Assembly (NCBI GenBank): GCA_963703285.1
Contig: OY969807.1
Span: forward strand, 160,001-224,000
Direction of reading: 5' to 3'
Source: an uncultured Nitrososphaerota archaeon
GTDB lineage: Archaea > Thermoproteota > Nitrososphaeria > Nitrososphaerales > Gagatemarchaeaceae
Length of the DNA stretch: 64,000 nt
In this document: positions 9,885 to 18,439 of the stretch, piece by piece
How the letters are laid out: every line of letters begins with the position of its first letter
Position numbering within the stretch: position 1 is the first letter of the stretch
Program-made: the position numbers and the translations under genes
Notes under the pieces: model-generated
Seen by the model: only the letters and a program-made list of their open reading frames with translations
Told to the model about the DNA's origin: nothing
The model's database searches: none

Positions 9885-10122
9885 AAACCCAGGATGTCTG
9901 CCAGTTCCAGGCCCATGGGCGTCGCTGTCATGATGACTAAATCATGCTTTCCGGTTTAGAAGGTGGCTCACGACTCTTCACTAACGGAGAGATCTGACGT
10001 CTCATCGTTTATATTTCAAGCCCATTTCCGCCATGTGAATGAAAGGAGAAGGAGGGCAGACGCCCGTTCAGAGACAGACTTGTCCCATATGCTTATCAAA
10101 AACAGTTCCACTTCGATGACGC

Positions 10123-10599
10123 ATGGCAGAGGTCCACAAGTGCCCCGTGTGTGGAAAGGGAACTCCTACGAGTCCACCTGCGCCCGGCTTTTTTGTCGCT
10201 TATTCCTGCGGCCATACCGCACTGGAGCCTCCTTCGCCTCAAGAAGTGGCACTCCACGTCCAACCGATGCGTTCCCCGACTCTTGGGGAGAAACTCGAAT
10301 TCAACTTGAACCAGCCTCTTTACTTGTCCACGGATCCCACAGCCACTAAGCTGGAGAATCTCGCCAGTTATGCAACAACCGTGTCGGCGGCTGTTGGACA
10401 GATTCAAGGTAACGGCTCGGCGGCTGTCAGCGTTGAACATCTCACGGCAATCAAGACATCCCTTGACACGCTGACGTCTGGCATGAGGGAAGTCGAACGC
10501 GAAGTAAAGAAGGGGAACGCATGGGGCAGAGTGTTGCTCCTACTCGTTGTGGGTGGGGCAATAGGTGCGGCCATCACTTTCATCGTTCAGCACCTCTGA
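10123..10599 (+). CDS. Hypothetical protein: N-terminal Zn-ribbon-like motif, coiled coil, C-terminal TM helix
   Basis: CPVC...CGH; hydrophobic C-terminus. Confidence 0.65.
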   Translation: MAEVHKCPVCGKGTPTSPPAPGFFVAYSCGHTALEPPSPQEVALHVQPMRSPTLGEKLEFNLNQPLYLSTDPTATKLENLASYATTVSAAVGQIQGNGSAAVSVEHLTAIKTSLDTLTSGMREVEREVKKGNAWGRVLLLLVVGGAIGAAITFIVQHL

Positions 10600-11043
10600 G
10601 CCGTGCTGCGTCCATTCAGGATTTTCTGGATTTCATCGAGGATTGCCTCCCTTTCGTGGTCGACCTTCACGGCCAGTTCAATGAGCTTCTCTTTGACCTC
10701 ATCGTCTGCAATCTCCGAGTCTACCTGTTCCAGGAATCTCCCTATTCTACGCGCGCATTGCTCACCTCCGCCGATGACTTCGCCGGCGAGAAAGATGGCT
10801 ACCCCCCCCGTCGGCGTATACGATCAGCTTGTCCCACGGGACTAGCGTGTGGTCATCCTCGGTCATGAGTGCGAGAGGATGGTCTAGAATCCTATCGATA
10901 CACTCGGTCAGCTTAGCTCGGTCTACGAAGTTAGAATAGTCATCCTCGAATTCTAGGTCTAGCATCATCTCCTTGCTATGGATGGCATATCGTAGCGACT
11001 CCCTCAGACCACTCGGCTTCTTCAGCCTCGGCCCAACCTTCAT
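10587..11043 (-). pseudogene. Hypothetical gene frameshifted in a G8 tract
   Basis: Removing one G from 10802-10809 joins the 11043 ORF to a protein-like frame ending at 10587. Confidence 0.55.
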
Positions 11044-11082
11044 TATTCTGTCTACGATATCCTTGTTCCCAACCGTCAGGTC

Positions 11083-11508
11083 ATGATGAAAGTCTTCCAG
11101 GGCGATGCGCTTTTTCGGAGAGCACTTAGGGACAATGGGTTCATCCCAAGGGGGTCGGATGATCGGCCAAGGGATTGGAACTGCTGGATTACGAACTTAG
11201 TAAAATGCCCCTGTAGGACCCATTTCTGGCGGCATGAACTTGAGAAGAACAGGAAAGAAGACACGCTGCAAAAAAGTGCGGACTTTCTAAATGATGAGGT
11301 AGGAGCAATCTCTCCAAGGATGGTCGTCATGATGGGTAGGGAAGTGGAATCATGCTTTGAGACCTATGCCTCCCGACTAGAGGACCTACCCAAGCAGCGC
11401 CGATGGGTCTACCACTATGCGCACAAGTTCGGCGAAGCAAAGGAGACCGAGTACGAGAAGAGATTACACGAAGTAGCTGAAGAGTGTTGGAAGGTGGCGA
11501 AGAAATGA
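11083..11508 (+). CDS. Uracil-DNA glycosylase superfamily protein, probably N-terminally truncated
   Basis: WITNLVKC, FLNDEVGAISPRMVVMMG and VYHYA motifs. Confidence 0.65.
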   Translation: MMKVFQGDALFRRALRDNGFIPRGSDDRPRDWNCWITNLVKCPCRTHFWRHELEKNRKEDTLQKSADFLNDEVGAISPRMVVMMGREVESCFETYASRLEDLPKQRRWVYHYAHKFGEAKETEYEKRLHEVAEECWKVAKK

Positions 11509-11532
11509 AGGAACGCCTCGACCACCCTGCCT

Positions 11533-11817
11533 ATGAAGCAGAACCGAAGGGGACTGCCTATGGTCAACATATTCCTTAGCCTGTTCTGGTCATTCATGGC
11601 AATAGCATTCCTGATTCTTTCCATTCACACTCAGAGGTTGCGCAAGAACATCCACGGGAAATTGCAATCTATCAAGGTCATAACTGAAACCGGCCAGCTT
11701 GCTTTTCCGAACCTCGCACCCTTAGAAGAGATAGTTAGGGACATCCTGATAGCTGAAATCGTGGTCTTCTTGTTATCGATTGCAGCGGCGATTGTAGGAC
11801 TTCTTGGCGCCGTATAA
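11533..11817 (+). CDS. Small 2-TM hypothetical protein
   Basis: Two hydrophobic segments. Confidence 0.6.
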   Translation: MKQNRRGLPMVNIFLSLFWSFMAIAFLILSIHTQRLRKNIHGKLQSIKVITETGQLAFPNLAPLEEIVRDILIAEIVVFLLSIAAAIVGLLGAV

Positions 11818-12042
11818 TCAGACGGAACAGCTGAATGAGGCTGCTCAGAGATGCTCATTAGTCGGGTGGTAAGGCTCTCAAGGCGGAGAGGAACCTGGAT
11901 CACCTATCCCCTTCGCCCGAATTCGACATCAATCAACTGCCGAACCTCGTCAGCTACTTTGACTTCCCTCTTCGTCCATGAGGTTGGTGTTGCATCAACA
12001 AGCAAGAGGCAGGAATTGCTTAAGAGGCAAGCTGCGACTTGA

Positions 12043-12888
12043 TTGAGTGGTCTTTCGTTGAAATTTGAGCTAAAAGGCAATTGGGGTACCACGATAGTGG
12101 TGTTGTTCTGGGCTCTGATCATATTGGGCGCTGTATCGATTGGCTATGGTTTCTATTATCTGCACTCGCCACATCCCCAAACAAACCCGAAAACTATTCA
12201 CGAGGGAGTGACACTGTTCATCCCCGGCTCCCTGTACGTTTCAGAAGTCAATATCACAGCCTCGACCACAGATGTTTTTGCTTCATTCAACACATTCAAT
12301 CTTACGATGCACATCCAGTTCAGCAATGCTCAAAGTATATCGAAAGCGTACTTCCTAATCATCCCGACTTCGTTCAATTCATCTGTGCTCAGTACTACTG
12401 ATTCGATTCAAAAATACGTGACCACCTCACTGGCAGAAGGAAATGGATTCAACCTTACGAATACAATCAAGAATTACTCCGCCAGCTCAGTGAATGAGTT
12501 TCCCGTAAGGGCTACTGCCGACTTCAGCATTTCTGACGATGGTGAGTACACTATCATGTCAGTAATCCTTCCCAATGACGGTACATTCGAGATTGGTCAT
12601 GTCGACCAAACTTTGCTGAACGTACTGCCCTACTCTAGCTACTTGGAAGCGGAAAGCGTGAGAGAGGTGGCTCAATCGACAGTAATTCAACTTTGGCTAT
12701 CATACATCGTGCTCGGTTTCACATCAGTGGTCTCTTCCTTCACACTGTCGCAAGTTGTTGATGTAAAGCAGAAACCCGAAAGGAAGACCACAATGATTTG
12801 GTTACTGGTCTTGCTAGTAGTCTTGACGACTCTCTGGTTCATCTTCTTCAGCCGAGTCGAGTTCGGTGTAACGTATGTCTTTCTCTAG
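12043..12888 (+). CDS. Hypothetical membrane protein with Ser/Thr/Asn-rich extracellular domain
   Basis: One N-terminal TM, two C-terminal TMs, several N-x-S/T sequons. Confidence 0.7.
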   Translation: MSGLSLKFELKGNWGTTIVVLFWALIILGAVSIGYGFYYLHSPHPQTNPKTIHEGVTLFIPGSLYVSEVNITASTTDVFASFNTFNLTMHIQFSNAQSISKAYFLIIPTSFNSSVLSTTDSIQKYVTTSLAEGNGFNLTNTIKNYSASSVNEFPVRATADFSISDDGEYTIMSVILPNDGTFEIGHVDQTLLNVLPYSSYLEAESVREVAQSTVIQLWLSYIVLGFTSVVSSFTLSQVVDVKQKPERKTTMIWLLVLLVVLTTLWFIFFSRVEFGVTYVFL

Positions 12889-13085
12889 GGTCTTACTGTC
12901 CTAAACGGTGAAATGGCTCTGCATCAGATGGTCGAGGAAACGCATCACCATTGGATAGAAGACAAGAAGATTTGGAATGATATTCTGGGCTGAGCAGATT
13001 CAAAAGGGAATCCAGCTTTGGGCTGTTTGGTACGTGGGCCATTAAATAAGTGGCCCCAAGGGAGGGAAATGCATGGTGTCTATGA

Positions 13086-13805
13086 ATGGCTGAATCCGAA
13101 ACTGCCGGACCAGTCCGTTCGTTCTTCGACAAGAGATACACGTTTCCCGGTTACACTTTCCTGCTAGTAGTAACACTGGCGCTGGCGAATAGGGTTGTTG
13201 GCTTCGTCGGGAATTCAGGAGGCCAGACCGCCACACTCATTCTGGGAGTGGTATTGCTGTTGGACGGAGCGCCGCTGGGTTTCCTAATCTCACAGCCTTG
13301 GTTTGTAATCCTGAACCACTATGTTAAACCCAACTCCCTCTGGGTGAACAACATCAAGAGCGCGGATTCCAGTTTGAAGGAGGACACAAGCATGGCCCTT
13401 GTGGCCGGAGACCTCCTGGTCTTTTCTGAACAAAAGCAGACCGAGATGAAGGAATACTTGAGGAGGAGGATTGACCTGGTTAACCTGATGGGTTCAATCA
13501 TGTTAGCCATTCCGTTCGCAACTGTCGCTTCCTTCGTATTGGATAGATTGTGGAAATCCACACCGCCCAACCCATCCTTCAACCACGCAGTCTACCTGAT
13601 GTACTTCCTTCTAGTTTTGTTAGAAGCCACGATTTACCTCGCATATCGGTCCACTAGGCGGGAATGGGATCTAGCGTCGTGGGCAATGATGAGGGAAGCC
13701 ATAGACAAAGACACCCCAGCATTCAAGAGCCTTGTGCAAAGGTTAGCAGAGGACGCCAGGAAGCAAACAGAACCGAACAAATTGGCTCAACCTACCAAGA
13801 GCTGA
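13086..13805 (+). CDS. Hypothetical 4-TM membrane protein
   Basis: 239-aa ORF with hydrophobic helices. Confidence 0.7.
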   Translation: MAESETAGPVRSFFDKRYTFPGYTFLLVVTLALANRVVGFVGNSGGQTATLILGVVLLLDGAPLGFLISQPWFVILNHYVKPNSLWVNNIKSADSSLKEDTSMALVAGDLLVFSEQKQTEMKEYLRRRIDLVNLMGSIMLAIPFATVASFVLDRLWKSTPPNPSFNHAVYLMYFLLVLLEATIYLAYRSTRREWDLASWAMMREAIDKDTPAFKSLVQRLAEDARKQTEPNKLAQPTKS

Positions 13806-14016
13806 CTTGAGGGTGCGTGAAGAGCACCACAAACAATGCTCGAACTTCATTAAGACTTCTTTCTATACTTGCTTTGATACTAACACCGTGATCTTCAAAA
13901 ATGAGAAGCGTTGGGAACCCACACGGGGGCTAGCCCCATCGGACCTAGCTCTGAAGGAAGAGTTTTTGGCAGGACTCGCAGCGAACCTTACCTATTGGAG
14001 CCCCTAAATATACGTG

Positions 14017-14904
14017 TTAGCTACTTGGCGCGATAGCAACCCGTCCAACGTCTCGCCAGTCAATGGATTCGATGAACCCATCTAATCGTCTGAGTATCAG
14101 ACGGCTCGCGATATGACCGACTACGCCCCGGATTGGCTCTCGCGTTTGATTCTTTCCTTTTAGCGCAACTTCGATTGTTAAACCAGTATCAGCGAAGTAT
14201 CTAAGAAAGAAAAGATCTTGGAAGTGGAAAACAAGGCGATCAGTGAACCGATGAAACACGAACAAGAGAATTGCGAATGACGGTACAAAAACTGCTACGG
14301 AAAAGAGAAAGCTAGATGATTCCAGCGCCGCATACGTCGCCGCACGATTCGCCCCGACGTCAAATGCGAACGTCCTGAAGACGAGCGCAAGAAAGAAGAG
14401 TAGTACAAGAGTCGAGTACAGAAAAGTGGATTTGACGCATGAGTAAAGGAGCAGTAATCCGTTAGAAGGCGAGCGTATACTCGGCTCTTTCAGCACACGA
14501 TTAATAGCGAAAGTCGATAAAAAGGCCATGGTCACCATTAACACAAGCAGTACTAGTACAGCGTAGCTAACCACCGAGTAAGTGACCACAGGACCATAGA
14601 CTAGTGCTAGGTCTACTAGAATCAGCCCGGTGATGAAGACGAGAAAATTGGTCTCTTGCAGAAGAATGGTCCTGAGCTTGGTCTTGCCCTTTACGAATCT
14701 GGCAGGAGTTCGAACCAACCAGTAGAAATTGGAGAAACCTCCGTTGCACTCCGCCAGAAGCGATAGTATCTTGTTTCTCGCCGATGTTGTGTTCTCTGGT
14801 GAGAGGAATTGTCCCTGTCCCGCTCGCTCGACCAAGACTACGAGAATCGAGACTACGGATACCCCGAGGTATATCAGGTAAAGTGCGTCAGTGAGTGTTA
14901 CCAT
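14017..14904 (-). CDS. Hypothetical polytopic membrane protein with small beta-rich C-terminal domain
   Basis: 295-aa ORF, about 5 TMs. Confidence 0.7.
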   Translation of the reverse strand: MVTLTDALYLIYLGVSVVSILVVLVERAGQGQFLSPENTTSARNKILSLLAECNGGFSNFYWLVRTPARFVKGKTKLRTILLQETNFLVFITGLILVDLALVYGPVVTYSVVSYAVLVLLVLMVTMAFLSTFAINRVLKEPSIRSPSNGLLLLYSCVKSTFLYSTLVLLFFLALVFRTFAFDVGANRAATYAALESSSFLFSVAVFVPSFAILLFVFHRFTDRLVFHFQDLFFLRYFADTGLTIEVALKGKNQTREPIRGVVGHIASRLILRRLDGFIESIDWRDVGRVAIAPSS

Positions 14905-15139
14905 TCAGAGAACACAGGCGATCCCTACAAGATGATGACAGAGCTTGATAAGCTTGCCACGGAACATCGTTCCCCGAAAGTGCAATGCGTAGAAGGCAAG
15001 AAGTCAAGTTGGAAAGCATGAGTACGCTCCCAAGCCATCGAATCCTGTGCGAGAGCGTCGGCCGATTCTTCGGAGGTCTCGCAGTTTGGGAGAATTGGCG
15101 ACGCGACCTACGAAAAGCACGAAGCCAAGAACCCAATTC

Positions 15140-16138
15140 CTAGCGTGACGAGACCCGTAGGAGATAGTCGCAGACTGTTTCGGTGGTTTGGAGAACGAGC
15201 TTTCCCTCGCCAGGATTGGCTTTGAATCGATCGTGAACGTCCTCGCTGATGTAAGAATAGAAACTTGAAATGAATGTCTCAGTCCATTTGTCTATCTTTT
15301 TGTTGGCCCTCAGCTTCGTGAGGTCATTTCCGAACTTGTCAGTTTTCCCAACTGTGTGTTCCATCGTGTACTCCATCACCTGTTCCAATACAGACCGACA
15401 ATTCTTGACAGCGTCCTCGGGATTGCCCTGAATCAGTTTGGTATCAGCTTGCGAAAGCAACTCGCTGACGGAGTTTAATCCTCGCTGTGCTAGCTTGCTT
15501 CTTAGTTCCGTAATTCTCACAAGAGGTCGAACTGCGGCCGGTTCTATCTCCGTACCTCCGAGAACAGCGACCATAATCTTCTTGATTAATTCCGTTGCTT
15601 CAATCTGAGCATCACTAATGTGCTGACCGAGCTGGTCTATGCCGCCCTGCTGTGCGATTATGAAGTACATCACGGGCTTCACTAGAATCTCGGCTTCCAT
15701 GCGACCTCCTTGCTCGTGGTCGAAGATTATGCTGACTTCATTGGGTAACCCGGGACGCGCATTGCTGAGTTGTTTGAAATAGTCGTCCGACCTATCGAAG
15801 AACCGGTTCCTCGGAGCAGGAAGCTTCCTAACAAGAATGATTGACTGACCCACCGACGCACCGCCCCATAACTCGACCTGACCGCCGTAATTGAGCGATT
15901 TTACAACCTTCTCAAGAATCTCATCGACCGCCATGTAAGGCATCCCATATCTAGCTCTAACTACAAGCTGCTCTAACTCGGGCCGCCTGTAAGCATCCTT
16001 GGGGAATCTCTTCGACAGCTCGCGCTGCTTCCCAAACATGTACGCGATTACCGCGACCAGAATTAGCAGGATAACCCATGTTAAAGTGAGAGATGAAGAT
16101 TCGGTCTGAAGAACGAACGAGGTGGGTCCTACAGACAT
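15140..16138 (-). CDS. TM-anchored protein with C-terminal HEPN/Abi_C-like helical domain
   Basis: N-terminal TM; EDAVKNCRSVLE...YISEDVHD...ETVCDYLL pattern. Confidence 0.6.
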   Translation of the reverse strand: MSVGPTSFVLQTESSSLTLTWVILLILVAVIAYMFGKQRELSKRFPKDAYRRPELEQLVVRARYGMPYMAVDEILEKVVKSLNYGGQVELWGGASVGQSIILVRKLPAPRNRFFDRSDDYFKQLSNARPGLPNEVSIIFDHEQGGRMEAEILVKPVMYFIIAQQGGIDQLGQHISDAQIEATELIKKIMVAVLGGTEIEPAAVRPLVRITELRSKLAQRGLNSVSELLSQADTKLIQGNPEDAVKNCRSVLEQVMEYTMEHTVGKTDKFGNDLTKLRANKKIDKWTETFISSFYSYISEDVHDRFKANPGEGKLVLQTTETVCDYLLRVSSR

Positions 16139-16284
16139 TTGTCGCTCGCCAAGCGGCTAAGAAAAGACGGCTAATGAACCTAATCGGGGTGTAATCCAAT
16201 CGGGCCCGCTACCATGCAGGTCCGCCTATGCTAGAGGCTATGGACATCAGGGCAGCGATGAGCATCAAAGCCGATTGATTCTCG

Positions 16285-17637
16285 TCATTTCTTAGCGGAA
16301 GCGGCCTTCCTCTGGAGAGCCTCTCGAACAGACCTCTTGAACTCCGGGTTTTGAAATAGTTTGTTCATTATCTCATCAGACTTCCTTTGCTTCTCACTGA
16401 CCTCGGCTTGTCTTGACTCCGTTTTTCCAAGGCGATCAGCAAGAATCTTTACCTGTTCTTGAAGCTCATTATTCTGCTTTGTCAAGGAAGCAACCAAGCC
16501 CTTCGTTGAACCTTCACGCTCTCTAGCATTCACTTCTGATTCGTAGACAAGCTTCCATTCGTCAGTAACGGTAAGTTCGGGAACAGCCCTCAGATAATCG
16601 TTGAGCATATCATCCTCTGTCGGCCGGTTATAGCTCTCCTTAAGCCCGGTGTCGTGGTCTTCAAGCATCTCGACATGAAGACTCTTCATGCTTCTCTCAC
16701 AGGTCGTGTCGAAGAATTTCCTGAAACCGTGAGTTGCCTTGAACGGATGCCTCCGGATGCCGGCAGGCAACTTCTCCCTCAGGCCCGCGCTAACGATAGC
16801 GGCGGTAACGAACTTCTTAACGACCCTAGAGTTCATCGGGAGAGGTCTCGTCGGCCCACCAGACCCGCCTTTGTCGTTGTACAGAAGGTCTCTAATCACG
16901 GGGGAGGCTGGAGTAATCTTTTCACCTTGAGTTCCGCGATACTGCATGTACTCCGCAACTGCCGCATAAGCTTCCGGCGTCACAAAGGTATTGTACCATC
17001 TCTTCGACTTCGTGTTGTAAGCTCTCAACTTTGCCGCCACGAGTTTGTCGTTCCTTTCGACCTTCTCAAAGTTGCCCCATTGCATGAAGTCCCAGCTTCC
17101 GACCCTGATGCCGGAAGACAGCATAACCAGAACGACAGGCTTGATTCGTCTGTCAGGATACTGAAGAATTTTCCTGACCTCCTCAAGGGAAGGCGGACGG
17201 TCGTCGGCAGCGTGCCTGCCCTTGGGCATTTTCTTTGAGAGCTTGGCCCAGTTGATTGGTACATCATTCATTGTGCAGAACAACTTCAACGGCTTCATGT
17301 ATATGCTGACGGTGCTGGCGGCAATCTCACCGGCCTCAACACGGTCCTTGACTTCTCTAAGAAAGGAGTCAACAGTGCTTGTCGCCCACTCTGGCTCCTT
17401 CTTCGACCTGCTTACGAACTTGCTGGCAAGCCCACGTGTTGCCTCCTGAATCTCGCGCTCGGCCTTCTGGTCAATTTGCATGCCTTGGCGACCGGTTGGC
17501 AGAAACCCGTTTTCGGCACCATAGACCCACGAAAGGAACTGCCTCAACCTAAGCTCATACTTGCGCCTAGTGGTTGGACTCCCGATGGCATCATAGAACT
17601 CGGTCATGGGATCAAGCGCCTCTTTCTCCGTCAGCAT
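16285..17637 (-). CDS. int: Tyrosine recombinase/integrase with C-terminal coiled coil
   Basis: SSGIRVG (R), HGFRKFF (HxxR), EDH...SY catalytic set; adjacent to tRNA-Gln. Confidence 0.93.
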   Translation of the reverse strand: MLTEKEALDPMTEFYDAIGSPTTRRKYELRLRQFLSWVYGAENGFLPTGRQGMQIDQKAEREIQEATRGLASKFVSRSKKEPEWATSTVDSFLREVKDRVEAGEIAASTVSIYMKPLKLFCTMNDVPINWAKLSKKMPKGRHAADDRPPSLEEVRKILQYPDRRIKPVVLVMLSSGIRVGSWDFMQWGNFEKVERNDKLVAAKLRAYNTKSKRWYNTFVTPEAYAAVAEYMQYRGTQGEKITPASPVIRDLLYNDKGGSGGPTRPLPMNSRVVKKFVTAAIVSAGLREKLPAGIRRHPFKATHGFRKFFDTTCERSMKSLHVEMLEDHDTGLKESYNRPTEDDMLNDYLRAVPELTVTDEWKLVYESEVNAREREGSTKGLVASLTKQNNELQEQVKILADRLGKTESRQAEVSEKQRKSDEIMNKLFQNPEFKRSVREALQRKAASAKK

Positions 17638-17691
17638 GAGCTATCGCATCAACGCAATATAAAGAGGATAATAAAAGCACCAAGATAGGAG

Positions 17692-17764
17692 TAGCCCGAC
17701 TAGGATTCGAACCTAGGTCAAGGGCTCCAGAGGCCCCTATCCTTGGCCACTAGACGATCGGGCT
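17692..17764 (-). tRNA. tRNA-Gln(CTG)
   Basis: Cloverleaf: acceptor AGCCCGA/TCGGGCT, anticodon loop CT-CTG-GA, GGTTCGAATCC. Confidence 0.97.
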
Positions 17765-17822
17765 AGTTGCCAGCAGGCCAGACTGGCTTCCTTTTTATCT
17801 TCTCCCCGACAATCTGTCAGCC

Positions 17823-18413
17823 GTGGAATACGAGAGTGTGGTCAAGAGGAGGCGCATGGTCAGGAACTTCCGGAGGGACGCGGGCGTCTCCGACGAAGAC
17901 GTCCGCCGCATGATGGACCTCGCCCAGCATTACCCGAGCGCCGGCTTCAGCCAGGGCGTGGCCTTCGTCGTCGTCAGGGACCCGGAGACCAAGAAGAAGC
18001 TCGGGGGAGAAGAGGAGCTCCAGCCGAACGGCAACCTGAACTTCGTCTCCTACGCGCCCGTGGTGATCGTCGTCTGCGTCAGCGAGGCAATCTACCACAG
18101 AAGGTACCAGGAGCCGGACAAGCTGCAGCCGGACGGGAAGGAGATAGAATGGCCAACGCCCTACTGGTTCTTCGATGCGGGAGCGGCCTCTATGATAATA
18201 CTCCACGCGGCCGTCAATCTGGGCTACGCTGCGGTCTTCGTGGGGGCTCCGGGCGAGGAGATTCAAGTCCTGAGGCAGACCCTGGGAATCCCGGACGAGT
18301 TCCATCCCGTGGGAATCATCTCGATCGGCAGAGCCGCGCCAGACGTCAAGTCGCCCTCGCTCAAGAGGGGGAGACGACCGTATCTCGATGTGGTTCACTT
18401 CGAGCGCTGGTAG
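17823..18413 (+). CDS. Nitroreductase family protein
   Basis: RRRMVRNF, PSAGFSQ and DAGAA motifs. Confidence 0.92.
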   Translation: MEYESVVKRRRMVRNFRRDAGVSDEDVRRMMDLAQHYPSAGFSQGVAFVVVRDPETKKKLGGEEELQPNGNLNFVSYAPVVIVVCVSEAIYHRRYQEPDKLQPDGKEIEWPTPYWFFDAGAASMIILHAAVNLGYAAVFVGAPGEEIQVLRQTLGIPDEFHPVGIISIGRAAPDVKSPSLKRGRRPYLDVVHFERW

Positions 18414-18439
18414 GAGGCTGACCTTCCCGATTGTGCTGA

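Larger units (their letters stand above)
6322..17709. mobile_element. Composite integrated island at the tRNA-Gln(CTG) 3' end
   Basis: 19-bp direct repeat GTAGCCCGACTAGGATTCG at 6322-6340 and 17691-17709 (tRNA 3' end); integrase next to the tRNA; visibly lower GC; orphan genes. Confidence 0.9.
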
